This document shows positions 29,841-39,714 of a DNA stretch of 64,000 bases, in pieces; position 1 is the stretch's first letter, and every line of letters starts with the position of its first letter. Location of the stretch: assembly GCA_963845185.1 (NCBI GenBank), contig CAWJRG010000010.1, forward strand, positions 800,001 to 864,000, given 5' to 3'. The position numbers were made by a program, and so were the translations under genes. Below the pieces are notes generated by a model. That model had not been told where the DNA came from. It made no database searches and worked only from the letters and a program-made list of their open reading frames with translations. The stretch is from an uncultured bacterium. GTDB lineage: Bacteria > Oederibacteriota > PGYV01 > CAWJRG01.

Positions 29841-30860
29841 ATGAAAAAACTTTTACCAGTAATAATCTTATTATTTTGTTTTAGTATTTTTGTTTATTCG
29901 AATGACGAAGATAAGTATTTTTCAGACGGTAAAACTGCATTTGATGCAGAAAAATATGATGAGGCAATCAAAGACTTTGACAAAGTAATATCTATTGATC
30001 CCAAAAATGCCGAGGCTTACGCATACCGCGGCAGGGCAAGAAGCGATATAGACCCAAAGAGCGCTATTGAAGATTGTAGCAAAGCAATAGAACTTAATCC
30101 GTCACTTTCAAAAGCATATTATGGTCGTGGAAATGCTAAAGATAACTCAGGTGACCATGAAGGAGCGATTCAGGATTATAACAAGGCAATCGAGCTTAAT
30201 CCAAAAGATGCGGCGTTGTACAATGGCCGCGGGCTTGCTAAGGCTCAATTAGGCGACTATACAGGAGCTATTAAGGATTGCAACAAAGCAATAGAGCTTG
30301 ACCCAAAGGATACGGATTCGTATTACAACCGCGGTGTTGCTAAAGATTATTTAAAAGATTTTAAAGCCGCTATTAATGATTATACTATGGCAATAGAGCT
30401 TGACCCGAAGTATGCGCTGGCTTATTACGGTCGAGGGCTTGCTAGAGCTAAATTAGGCGACTATACAGGAGCAATTAAGGATTGCAACAAAGCAATAGAG
30501 CTTGACCCGAAGTATGCGCTGGCTTATTGCTATCGCGGTGTTGCTAAAGAAGCTTTAGACGATAATATAGGAGCAATTAAGGATTTTAATAAGGCGATAG
30601 AACTCAATCCTAAATTCGCAGAAGCTTATGGTGTTCGCGGGGAAACCAAATATAAATTAGGCGACTATACCGGTGCTATCAAGGATTTTAATAAGGCGAT
30701 AGAGCTTAACCCAAAGGATGCAGAAGCTTATTACGACCGCGGGCTTGTTAAAAAAGACTCAGGCAATGTAAAAGGTGCACTTGAAGATTTAAGTGAAGCT
30801 GGAGAATTAGGATATGATAAAGCTTATGACATAATCAAAAAAATTCAAAATGAAAAGTAA
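29841..30860 (+). CDS. Secreted TPR-repeat protein
   Basis: Signal peptide; ~8-9 34-aa repeats AYY.RG.AK..LGDY.GAIKD.NKAIELDP. Confidence 0.92.
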   Translation: MKKLLPVIILLFCFSIFVYSNDEDKYFSDGKTAFDAEKYDEAIKDFDKVISIDPKNAEAYAYRGRARSDIDPKSAIEDCSKAIELNPSLSKAYYGRGNAKDNSGDHEGAIQDYNKAIELNPKDAALYNGRGLAKAQLGDYTGAIKDCNKAIELDPKDTDSYYNRGVAKDYLKDFKAAINDYTMAIELDPKYALAYYGRGLARAKLGDYTGAIKDCNKAIELDPKYALAYCYRGVAKEALDDNIGAIKDFNKAIELNPKFAEAYGVRGETKYKLGDYTGAIKDFNKAIELNPKDAEAYYDRGLVKKDSGNVKGALEDLSEAGELGYDKAYDIIKKIQNEK

Positions 30861-30914
30861 GGCTAAAAATAAACCTATTGAAAAACTAGAAATAAAAAAC
30901 AACAAGGAGGCTTT

Positions 30915-31325
30915 ATGAAAATTGTTAAAAATCCTTTCCTTGCAGGGGTATTATCATTTTTTGTTTATGGTCTCGGGCAAATGTATGTTGGTGATGTTAA
31001 AAAGGGACTTAGAAAATTTTTTACGTTTTATATTACCTGTTTTATTATTGGTATTGTAATGGCTTTTCTTTGTGCTGCTATACCGGGGGGAAGTTCAAGT
31101 TCAGTTTATATTACGGTCGTTTTTTTGATTATAGAAATCATTGCCGGTATTGTCATTGTTATTAATTGGATAAAAAATATAAGAGAAGCATATAAAATGG
31201 CAGAACAAAATAATGCAGCTATTGGCAATGAGATTACTGAAGATACAAAAAAATGTCCGTATTGTGCCGAAATAATAAAAAAAGAAGCAAAAATTTGTCG
31301 TTTTTGTGGTAAAGAACAGGCTTAA
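30915..31325 (+). CDS. TM2-like membrane protein with C-terminal zinc ribbon
   Basis: KNPFLAGVLSFF..GLGQMYVG; KKCPYCAE...CRFCG. Confidence 0.75.
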   Translation: MKIVKNPFLAGVLSFFVYGLGQMYVGDVKKGLRKFFTFYITCFIIGIVMAFLCAAIPGGSSSSVYITVVFLIIEIIAGIVIVINWIKNIREAYKMAEQNNAAIGNEITEDTKKCPYCAEIIKKEAKICRFCGKEQA

Positions 31326-31396
31326 AATTACCGTAGATTAAACTGTTTTTAAAACAAGATGTTTGTATAACATTTAAATATTGGAGGCAATTATGA

Positions 31397-33300
31397 GTGC
31401 GCCGAGAAAAGCGTATCGGTTCGCGCTGGTGAAAGTCCAGCCTGGGCAAAGGTCAGCCGCCAGCCCAATACCAAATTCCACAAATAGTGAGGCAACGAGC
31501 TAAATGAAGCTGGAAGGCGGGAGACATCGGGATACAACGCAAGTGAAGGTATTGAGCCCCGAAATCGCCAACGTGTCGGAGGCCGACATTTTTCATAAAA
31601 GAGCAGGCAGCAGTCCCACAATCATAAAAAGGCGAGAGAGTGGGAATCCGACGGGGTCTAAGTCCGTGTCAAGATGTCAAGGAGCAGATATGAACTCGGG
31701 AGAGCCGGGACACCCTCAAAACGAGAGTATGCGGCGACAAATCCTAAAAGATAAGGAGCCGCAAAAGATGTTCCGGCAGTCTGACTATCCCATAGTATCG
31801 ATGAAGTCTACGAAAGTAGATGGAGAAAGGGGATAGAGGGAATGCGTATGGACATAAGGGAGACAACCGCCACACACAGAGGTGGAGACGGAATGGCAAC
31901 AAAACTTATGACCATAACAATGCGGGCAAAGGAAAATCCAAAATTGAGATTTACATCGCTGATACACCTGCTCAATGAGGAGTTTCTAATGGAGTGCTTT
32001 GGGGAGTTAAAACAGGACAAAGCCCCGGGCATTGACGGAGTAAGGATAGAGGAATATGAAGTCAACAAAGAGGCAAATATCAAGGATTTAATCAATAGGA
32101 TGAAGGCGTGGAGATACATACCGCAACCAACAAGGCGCGTCTACATCCCCAAGACAAACGGAGACAAGAGGCCGCTGGGAATACCTGCCGTCGAGGATAA
32201 GATAATCCAGATGGGGGTAAAGAAAATTCTTGAGTCAATCTTTGAGGTAGACTTCAGCGAAGTATCTTACGGGTTCAGGCCTGACAGAAATTGTCATCAG
32301 GCATTGAAAATTCTGGATAAGGAAGTAATGACAAAGCCAGTCAACGCAGTAGTGGATATGGACATTGAGAAGTTTTTCGATACCATAAACCACAAATGGC
32401 TAATGAAATGCCTTACGCAAAGGATTGCCGATACAAACCTGATAAGGTTAATCGGCAGGATATTAAATGCAGGGATTATGGAAGAAGGTAAGTTTATCGA
32501 AACGGATAAAGGGACGCCGCAGGGCGGAATACTAAGCCCATTACTGGCGAACATCTACCTACACTACATATTAGACCTGTGGTTCGAAAGGCATGTCAAG
32601 AGACAGCTCAAAGGATACGCCAGTCTGATACGTTATGCCGATGACTTTGTTGTGCTGTTCCAATATGACAGCGAAGCAAAGGAGTTTGGCGAAATGTTAA
32701 GACAGAGGCTTGATAAGTTTGGCCTCAAAATCGCCAAAGATAAATCGAGAATAATCGTATTCGGGCGCCACGCCTGGTATAAGTCCAAAGATACAGGCGG
32801 GAAAATTCCGACCTTTGATTTCCTCGGGTTTACTCATTACTGCGACAAAACCAGAAAGGGCGGCTTCAAATTAGGCCGAAGGACGGCAAGTACAAAATTC
32901 AAACAGAAGATGAAGGCGACGAACTTCTGGCTAAAGAGCGTAAGAAATCTTGTGGAATTAAAACAGTGGTGGCAGGCATTAGGAAGAAAGTTAACGGGCC
33001 ACTACAATTATTACGGGATAAGCGGTAATATGCCCCAAATAACAAAATTCTACTGGAGAAATCGTGCGCTCGCCTATAAATGGATAAACAGGCGAAGCCA
33101 GAAAAGAAGTTACAACTGGGAACAGTTTTGCCGCTTTCTAAGATACAACCCATTGCCGGAACCCAGGATATATCATTTAACCTATTCGCTGTCATCGTAT
33201 TAGGAAGTATTCCCGTGGAGCCGAATGACCGAAACGGTCACGTTCGGTTCTGAGAGGGGCATTAAGTAACCAAAGGAGGTTATAAAAGATGTCTACTCAC
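31397..33300 (+). mobile_element. Group II intron
   Basis: 5' GTGCG at 31397; domain V GAGCCGAATGACCGAAACGGTCACGTTCGGTTC at ~33218-33250; domain VI ending CTACTCAC at 33300; internal RT ORF. Confidence 0.93.
31893..33203 (+). CDS. ltrA: Group II intron reverse transcriptase/maturase, no endonuclease domain
   Basis: KAPGIDG, RPLGIP, SYGFRP, GTPQGGILSPLLANIYLH, RYADD, FDFLGF, GHYNYY. Confidence 0.95.
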   Translation: MATKLMTITMRAKENPKLRFTSLIHLLNEEFLMECFGELKQDKAPGIDGVRIEEYEVNKEANIKDLINRMKAWRYIPQPTRRVYIPKTNGDKRPLGIPAVEDKIIQMGVKKILESIFEVDFSEVSYGFRPDRNCHQALKILDKEVMTKPVNAVVDMDIEKFFDTINHKWLMKCLTQRIADTNLIRLIGRILNAGIMEEGKFIETDKGTPQGGILSPLLANIYLHYILDLWFERHVKRQLKGYASLIRYADDFVVLFQYDSEAKEFGEMLRQRLDKFGLKIAKDKSRIIVFGRHAWYKSKDTGGKIPTFDFLGFTHYCDKTRKGGFKLGRRTASTKFKQKMKATNFWLKSVRNLVELKQWWQALGRKLTGHYNYYGISGNMPQITKFYWRNRALAYKWINRRSQKRSYNWEQFCRFLRYNPLPEPRIYHLTYSLSSY

Positions 33301-33963
33301 AAAAAATATTTTTTTGCATTATTTTTGATTACGGGTCTATTTAGTAATGTATTTACAACGCAATGCCCCGGTTATAAAAATATTTGTTGGGGTTCTTCAG
33401 AAAAAGTAGTTAGAACTGCTTTAAATGCTAAATTTAGAGAACCATTAAACAGTTCTAGTGTTTATGATGGGGGGTGCCTATTTTTAAGTTATGAAGATTT
33501 TGATGGTGTTATTTTCAAAATGCTTGATATAGATACGAGCGAACCTTATTCATTCGATCCATATGTAGTAAATACACTTGACATATACGTACCAAATAGT
33601 TCATTTAAAAGATATAATGTAAAAGAAAACGATTTGGTTGTTTTCTTTAAGGGTAGATTTTTTTGTTATGAAACTTATGTGGGTGAATATGAAACTGTTG
33701 AAGAAGCCTTAATAAAAAAATACGGGCAAGAGATTAAGCCTTGGAAGGATTTTGAGGAAAAAAAGTATTATAATGTATCTGTAAGAATAATTGATGGAAC
33801 AAGAATTCTTAATATTAATGGAATTGTTTTTTATTTTGATGATAAGGTACTCAATGAAATTAAACAGATTGTTGATAAAAAATTGATGAAACAAAAGAAA
33901 CAACAAAATGAAAAAGACAAACAAAATAATTTAGAGGAAAAAAATAAATTAGATAATTTATAA
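33289..33963 (+). CDS. Hypothetical secreted protein (intron 3' exon; start supplied by the intron)
   Basis: KKYFFALFLITGLFS signal peptide; very low GC. Confidence 0.6.
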   Translation: MSTHKKYFFALFLITGLFSNVFTTQCPGYKNICWGSSEKVVRTALNAKFREPLNSSSVYDGGCLFLSYEDFDGVIFKMLDIDTSEPYSFDPYVVNTLDIYVPNSSFKRYNVKENDLVVFFKGRFFCYETYVGEYETVEEALIKKYGQEIKPWKDFEEKKYYNVSVRIIDGTRILNINGIVFYFDDKVLNEIKQIVDKKLMKQKKQQNEKDKQNNLEEKNKLDNL

Positions 33964-33964
33964 A

Positions 33965-34660
33965 ATGGAGTTAAAAGTAGTGAATATAATTGAAATTATT
34001 AAAGATACAGACAGGGATATTATAGAATGTTATCGGAACTCTAAGTCGGGAAGCTATGCGGCATCCAAAAAATACCTAATTTTTCCACCTTATCGTAACA
34101 ACAAAATACGCGTTTCGGAACAGGAGGCACGATTTTTATTTGTAAATAACTTAGAAAAAAATCAGGTCTATTACTCTGTGGAAAATCCCACGGAAAACGC
34201 GCATAATTTTAGTTCTAAAATCGGAAATAGCCGCAGTGCTGAAAGTGATGTAATGATTTGGGAAATAAAGAAAGGAAAACCAAGTAAACAATTAAATGTT
34301 GAATTTAAGGCAAAAGGCGTATCAGATAAAAGAAAAGACACGAAGTTTATTTTAAAAGACTTTAAAAAAATTCTATCCGAACCATGTGGCGGATTATGGT
34401 TTCATCTCCTTGAATCTGTAGATAGTAAAACAATTACTAAACTTTTTAACGTATTCCAAACGACATTAGAAAAGATAGGGGAAAAGCAATACAAAAAGAA
34501 AATTATTTTTAATATTTGTATTTTAAAGCAAGGGATATCTTTAATTAAGGAATTGGATTTAAGTATTGATTTAAGTATTGAGGATTTTTTTAATTTTGAT
34601 TATTCAATTAAAAAAGATAAAGTAAAAATTAGTAATTCGAACGAGTGGATTAGCATTTAA
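33965..34660 (+). CDS. Hypothetical protein, possible PD-(D/E)xK nuclease fold
   Basis: SEQE..., SVENPT, ESDVMIW, NVEFKA pattern. Confidence 0.45.
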   Translation: MELKVVNIIEIIKDTDRDIIECYRNSKSGSYAASKKYLIFPPYRNNKIRVSEQEARFLFVNNLEKNQVYYSVENPTENAHNFSSKIGNSRSAESDVMIWEIKKGKPSKQLNVEFKAKGVSDKRKDTKFILKDFKKILSEPCGGLWFHLLESVDSKTITKLFNVFQTTLEKIGEKQYKKKIIFNICILKQGISLIKELDLSIDLSIEDFFNFDYSIKKDKVKISNSNEWISI

Positions 34661-34685
34661 TTTTTTTATCAAGTAAACTGCTTTT

Positions 34686-34826
34686 AATCCCACTCCACGA
34701 AAATGTCCGCGTTTGTAGAAGCGGAATTTGATAGTCGCTTCGTGGACGTCGCAAATTATCCCTTTCACTTAGTTGTTTCAGGGACGTCGTAAACTTTATG
34801 ATAGTACTCCTGTTATAGTGCTCCAG
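34686..34826. repeat. Palindromic dispersed element (intergenic copy)
   Basis: TCCACGAA/TTCGTGGA and TCCGC/GCGGA stems; shares AATCCCACTCCRCGAAAAT and GCAAATTA with 52891-52986. Confidence 0.65.
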
Positions 34827-34927
34827 CCCCGGCTCGCGCTAAAATTGCGTAAAATTTGTCAGCAATAGTAGAGAATTGACAATGCCGTAAATAGGGGATA
34901 TACTTTTATTTGTTACGGAGGTAAGTT

Positions 34928-37087
34928 ATGCAAAAACTATTGTACCCTGAGGTGATATGCGCTGCGAGGCTCTTCGGTTTGTTGATGATTTTCCTTTTAG
35001 TGTTTTCCCTGATAGACGTTGCGATCGCGGCCGAAAATGAAAACAAAACCGGTATGCAGACCTATCATAACCCGATTCTTTCCGGTTTTCACCCTGACCC
35101 AAGCATCTGCCGGGCAGGCGACGATTTTTACCTGACCAATTCCACCTTTGAGATGTTTCCCGGCCTTCCCATCTATCACAGCCGGGACCTGGTTCATTGG
35201 GAACAAATAGGCAATGCCCTCACGCGGCCCAGCCAGCTTCCCTTGAAGGGCGCTACTGATTTCGGAGGGCTCTACGCGCCCACGTTACGCTATTGGAATG
35301 GCCTTTTTTACCTTACCTGCGACAACATGACCCACGGCGGAAATTTCATAGTCACGGCCAAGGACCCTGCCGGGCCATGGTCCGAGTCAATGTGGATGGA
35401 TGATTTCCACATGGATGGTTCGATGTTCTTCGACGACGACAATAAAGCTTATTACACCGCGCATTTCGGCGATGCGAAAGGCGGGATCGGCCAGGCTGAG
35501 TTCGACCCAATCACGGGAAAGCTGACCACACCCATGAAGGTGATTTATAACGACCTCAATGAAGACTGGAACGAGGGGCCCCATCTTTACAAGATTAATG
35601 GCCTCTACTACCTGATGCTGGCCGAGGGCGGTACCGGGACCGGCCACACGGAATTCATCGCGCGGTCCAAGTCAGCCTGGGGGCCTTTCGAGCCTTGCCC
35701 TTACAACCCCATACTCACGGAGCGGGACGACCTCAAAAGCCCTATCCAGTGCACGGGCCACGGCGACCTGGTTGAAGCGCCTGACGGAACATGGTGGATG
35801 GTGTTCCTTGGAACCAGGCCCCAGAACGGAACTTCGGTGCTGGGCCGTGAGACGTTCCTGGCGCCGGTACAATGGACAAAGGATGGATGGCCGGTAGTGA
35901 ACGGTAACCATCATGTGGCAGTGGAAATGCAGGCGCCAAATCTCAAGCCTTTTTCAGTACAAGAAACTCCGGTGAAGTGGCTCTTCAACGTCTCGAAGCT
36001 GGGCCCTGAGTGGATACACGTACGCAATATTGACCCTTTATATTTTTCGCTCTCTGAACACAAGGGTTATTTAAGGATCAAGGCAGTCAAGGACAGCCTG
36101 GATAACAAGGAGGACACACCGGCTTTTGTTGGACAGCGGCAGCCTTCCTTCCGATTTTTGGCACGCACTGCCATGGTGTTCAAGCCCGGGCAGGATGGGG
36201 AAGAAGCCGGACTTTGCGTAAGGGCAAATGACTTTAACTATTATGAAATTGGCCTCGCTAAATCCGGCGGCAAGCTGCAGATTTTCGTTAAGAACCGTGT
36301 GAAAGCCAAAAATTACAAGGTCGCAAGCCAGCTTTTTACAGGCAGCAAGGTCCTGCTGCAGATTACAGGCGACGAAAGCCAGTACCAGTTTGCCTGGTCC
36401 AAGGACGGAAAAACATGGAACACCATCGCAGCCTCGGCTGCGGATGACCTTTCGCGTGAAAAAGCAGGCGGCTTTACAGGCACAGCAATCGGTCTTTACG
36501 CCAGTGCCAACGGCAAGGATTCAGGCTCTTTCGCTGATTTCTCATGGTTCGAGATGATCCCGGACGCCGTGACCTCTCCCCAGGCTTTGTCGCCACGGCC
36601 AACACCGACGGCCTTGCCGGCCTCGGATACCTGGCGTATCCGGACCGGGGGCAAGGCCATGACTGACAAATCTGGAACGGCCTGGGCCGCAGATATTGGA
36701 TATGACGGAGGCGAGACTGCAATAACCGGAGAACCTATCCAGGGGGCTGTTGACCCGGCTCTTTACCAGACCGAACGATGGGGAAATGATTTCACCTATG
36801 CTTTCCAGGTTTTACCCGGGGAATACCGTGTCACCCTCAAGTTCACCGAAGTGTATCTGACAAAGCCCGGGGACCGGGTTTTTGACGTCTTTATCAACGG
36901 CCAGAAGGTGCTTGCTAACTTTGACATCATCAAGGAAGCCGGGGTTTTCGGCAAGGCAGTAGACCGGAGCTTTGATGGGATTGAACCCGATGACGGGCAA
37001 ATCCGCATTCGTTTCGTTTCCTCGGTCCAAAACGCGAAGGTCTGCGCCATCGAGGTTATCAGGACAGACAATAAGTCAAAAAAATAG
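34928..37087 (+). CDS. GH43 beta-xylosidase/arabinofuranosidase with C-terminal malectin domain
   Basis: NPILSGFHPDPSI, YAPTLRY, EGPHLYK, GHGDLV, LGRETFL; LYQTERWG, RVFDVFING; upstream TTGACA-17-TATACT. Confidence 0.92.
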   Translation: MQKLLYPEVICAARLFGLLMIFLLVFSLIDVAIAAENENKTGMQTYHNPILSGFHPDPSICRAGDDFYLTNSTFEMFPGLPIYHSRDLVHWEQIGNALTRPSQLPLKGATDFGGLYAPTLRYWNGLFYLTCDNMTHGGNFIVTAKDPAGPWSESMWMDDFHMDGSMFFDDDNKAYYTAHFGDAKGGIGQAEFDPITGKLTTPMKVIYNDLNEDWNEGPHLYKINGLYYLMLAEGGTGTGHTEFIARSKSAWGPFEPCPYNPILTERDDLKSPIQCTGHGDLVEAPDGTWWMVFLGTRPQNGTSVLGRETFLAPVQWTKDGWPVVNGNHHVAVEMQAPNLKPFSVQETPVKWLFNVSKLGPEWIHVRNIDPLYFSLSEHKGYLRIKAVKDSLDNKEDTPAFVGQRQPSFRFLARTAMVFKPGQDGEEAGLCVRANDFNYYEIGLAKSGGKLQIFVKNRVKAKNYKVASQLFTGSKVLLQITGDESQYQFAWSKDGKTWNTIAASAADDLSREKAGGFTGTAIGLYASANGKDSGSFADFSWFEMIPDAVTSPQALSPRPTPTALPASDTWRIRTGGKAMTDKSGTAWAADIGYDGGETAITGEPIQGAVDPALYQTERWGNDFTYAFQVLPGEYRVTLKFTEVYLTKPGDRVFDVFINGQKVLANFDIIKEAGVFGKAVDRSFDGIEPDDGQIRIRFVSSVQNAKVCAIEVIRTDNKSKK

Positions 37088-37223
37088 GGGAACGAGGCGA
37101 TTTCAGTAATGGGCCACCAGTAATCCATTCGAAAATAACTTATAAAGCCTCTTGACAAATTAATATTATATTGTTATGCTTATGGTAAATAAATTTACGC
37201 AAATTCCAGATAAAGGAAAAATC

Positions 37224-38024
37224 GTGAATAATCTTACCAAAGCAGGATATATAACAGAGCGGGAAAGGGAAGTGATAGGCAGGCTTTCATATGAAAAGGC
37301 CGATGTCATTTCACGGCAGAAATTTGACGAATATTTTGCTAAATACCCCAAAAACGTGAGGTCCAAGCTTGTTTACAAGCTTGTAAAAAAAGGCATTTTA
37401 TCCCCTATAAAAAAAGGATTGTATATATATTCGCCTATAGAATCCGGCCCAAACGGCAGAAATATAAATGAGTATCTTATCCCAGGATTTTTGATACCTG
37501 ACGGGAATTATTATATAGGCTATAACAATATGTTCAATTATTATAAATTTACGGATCAGATAACGCAGGTTGTTTACGTTTTAAATACAAGCATACAGAG
37601 TGAAAGAATTATTGGAGGTATAAGGTATAAGCTTCTAAAAATACCAAAAGACAGAATGTACGGGATTGCGGAGATTGAAATAATGGGGGCAAAGGTAAGG
37701 GTAAGCGACATGGAAAGGACCCTGGTGGATCTTATCTATTATCCTGATCCTGTCGGCGGGTTAAAAGCGGCATACGATATAGTAACGGACAGGTTAAAAA
37801 ACGGAAAAGCAAACCTTAAAAAGTTTATTGATTACTTGTGCCTTTTTCCGTCAGCCTACGTAAAAAAACGCGCGGGATATATACTCGAAAGCGCGGGAAT
37901 AAAAACAGGTAGGCTGATAAAAGCAGTAAATCCGGGTTCGATTATGAAATTATATGACAATGAGATTAGAAAAGGCAGGATTGATAAGAAGTGGGGGATT
38001 ATAGTAAATGATACACGGGGATAA
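37224..38024 (+). CDS. Type IV TA antitoxin, AbiEi family (module 2)
   Basis: Paralog of 27788 (YYIGY, TDQI, SDMERTLVD, KRAGYILE); GTG start after AAAGGA; promoter TTGACA(37152)-17-TATGCT. Confidence 0.85.
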   Translation: MNNLTKAGYITEREREVIGRLSYEKADVISRQKFDEYFAKYPKNVRSKLVYKLVKKGILSPIKKGLYIYSPIESGPNGRNINEYLIPGFLIPDGNYYIGYNNMFNYYKFTDQITQVVYVLNTSIQSERIIGGIRYKLLKIPKDRMYGIAEIEIMGAKVRVSDMERTLVDLIYYPDPVGGLKAAYDIVTDRLKNGKANLKKFIDYLCLFPSAYVKKRAGYILESAGIKTGRLIKAVNPGSIMKLYDNEIRKGRIDKKWGIIVNDTRG

Positions 38025-38890
38025 AACAGAGTTCAGGCAAATTCTCGAAAGGTCTTCGGCGGCAACAGGATTTCCATTGCACCTTATGGAGAAAGACTAT
38101 TACCTCACGATACTTTTGGGCGGGGTAAATAGGGAACTTGATGGAAAGCTTGTTTTCAAAGGGGGCACATGCCTGAATAAGATATATTTTGAGTATTTCA
38201 GGCTTAGCGAAGACCTGGATTTTACCATGCTCCTGCCGGAAAGAAAAAACCGGCAGGGCAACAAGAAGCAAAATTATGGACGGGGTGAAAAGAAATATTA
38301 AAAGATACGCTGAAAGTTTTGGCTTAAGGCTTGATGAGACAGAAAAGGCGGGCAGGAACGAAAACAAACAGTACATTTATTTTATTGAATATGATTCGAT
38401 TATAACCGAAACAAAGGACAGCATAAAATTTGAGATTGGGTTAAGGGCAAATCCGTATCTACCTCCAAATAAAATGAAAATAAAGCATCTTTTCAAAAAT
38501 CCTTACACGGGAGAGTATTTGTTTGAACCCGGCGAAATTCAGTGCCTGTCCCTTGCTGAAATAGCCGCAGAAAAGGTCAGGGCCGCGACAACGAGAAAGG
38601 TAATAGCTCCCAGGGATTTTTTTGACCTGCATTATTTTATAAAAAATGGTTTTGATTTTAATGCGGAAGAGTTTTTAAGGCTTGTTGAAAAAAAACTTGC
38701 TGAAGACGGTTTTGATCTAAAGGGAAGGGAAAGTTACAGAAACCTTTCGCGTTCTGAAACTGAAATCAAGGCAATGAAATCAAGGCTTGAAAAAGAACTT
38801 TATCCGGTGCTAACGGCTGAAGCAGCAAAAGAATTTGATATTGAGGCTGTTTTGAAATATTTCAATGAACTGTACAGTAAGCATGCTTAA
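38008..38890 (+). pseudogene. AbiEii toxin (module 2) split by a +1 frameshift near 38237-38250
   Basis: MEKDYYLT, FKGGTCLNK, RLSEDLDF in one frame; AEKV, PRDFFDL in another; may be a sequencing error. Confidence 0.75.
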
Positions 38891-38963
38891 AACGGCGCAG
38901 GTAACTGCTTAAACAATAAATGTCATCATATTAGAAGACTCTATACATGCATTGAGGAGAAAA

Positions 38964-39714
38964 ATGGGCGCGCACAGGTTTTTTGTAAATAAGATATCAG
39001 AAGGCAGGGCTGAAATCCTCGGCGAGGATTACAACCATATAATCAATGTACTGCGCCTGAAAAAAGGGGATGCAATCAATGTTTTTAACTATGAAGCAGG
39101 CGAATATTCATCCATAATAGAATCAATTGATTCAAAGAACAGGATGATAAATGTTGCTATTGAAAACCAGGTCAAGGCAAGGGAGAAAAAAAACGTAAAG
39201 ATAGGCGCGATAATTTCAATTATAAAAAGGGAAAACATGGAATTTATCATTGAAAAACTTACTGAACTAGGAATTAATATTATAATACCTCTGATAACAA
39301 AGCGAACAGTTGTGAAAATTAAAGAAGAGGAAAAAAAGCAGAAAAGGTGGGAGTCAATAATCTATTCCGCTGTCAAGCAATGCGGCAGGATATCAAAGCC
39401 CAGAGCTTGCGGCTACCGTGGAAGGCGTGGAAAATATCAGTCTCAATGAAAAAGCAGTAAAATTTTTTGTGTGGGAAAAAGAGGAAAAGAATTTTCTAAT
39501 AGATGAGGCTGTAAAAATAAAACAGGACATAAATGAGGTTTATTTTTTGACTGGGCCAGAGGGCGGATTTGACGATTCAGAGGCAAAGATTATCATGGAC
39601 AAAGGCTTTGTGCCTGTGAGCATAGGCGACACTATTTTAAGGGCAGAGACCGCTGCCATAGTTTCAGCCGGGGTATTAATACAGGCATTAAGGAGAAGCG
39701 CATGGAAGACATAA
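38964..39714 (+). CDS. rsmE: 16S rRNA m3U1498 methyltransferase, apparent +1 frameshift at ~39400
   Basis: HIINVLRL, EKLTELG, KQCGR in one frame; GPEGGF, ILRAETA in the next; removing one C from CCC at 39399-39401 restores the frame. Confidence 0.88.

Noticed and set aside
30180..30750. Non-coding ~102-bp repeat array
   Set aside because: Explained by TPR coding repeats
27402..33203. Diversity-generating retroelement (RT plus a near-duplicate gene 3' end as TR/VR)
   Set aside because: Differences between the repeats are not adenine-specific and many are synonymous; the RT lies inside a complete group II intron
31893..33203. Retron or defence-associated RT
   Set aside because: Maturase domain, GTGCG start and domains V/VI identify a group II intron protein
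39390..39420. Programmed frameshift in rsmE
   Set aside because: No slippery heptamer or stimulator; an assembly error is simpler
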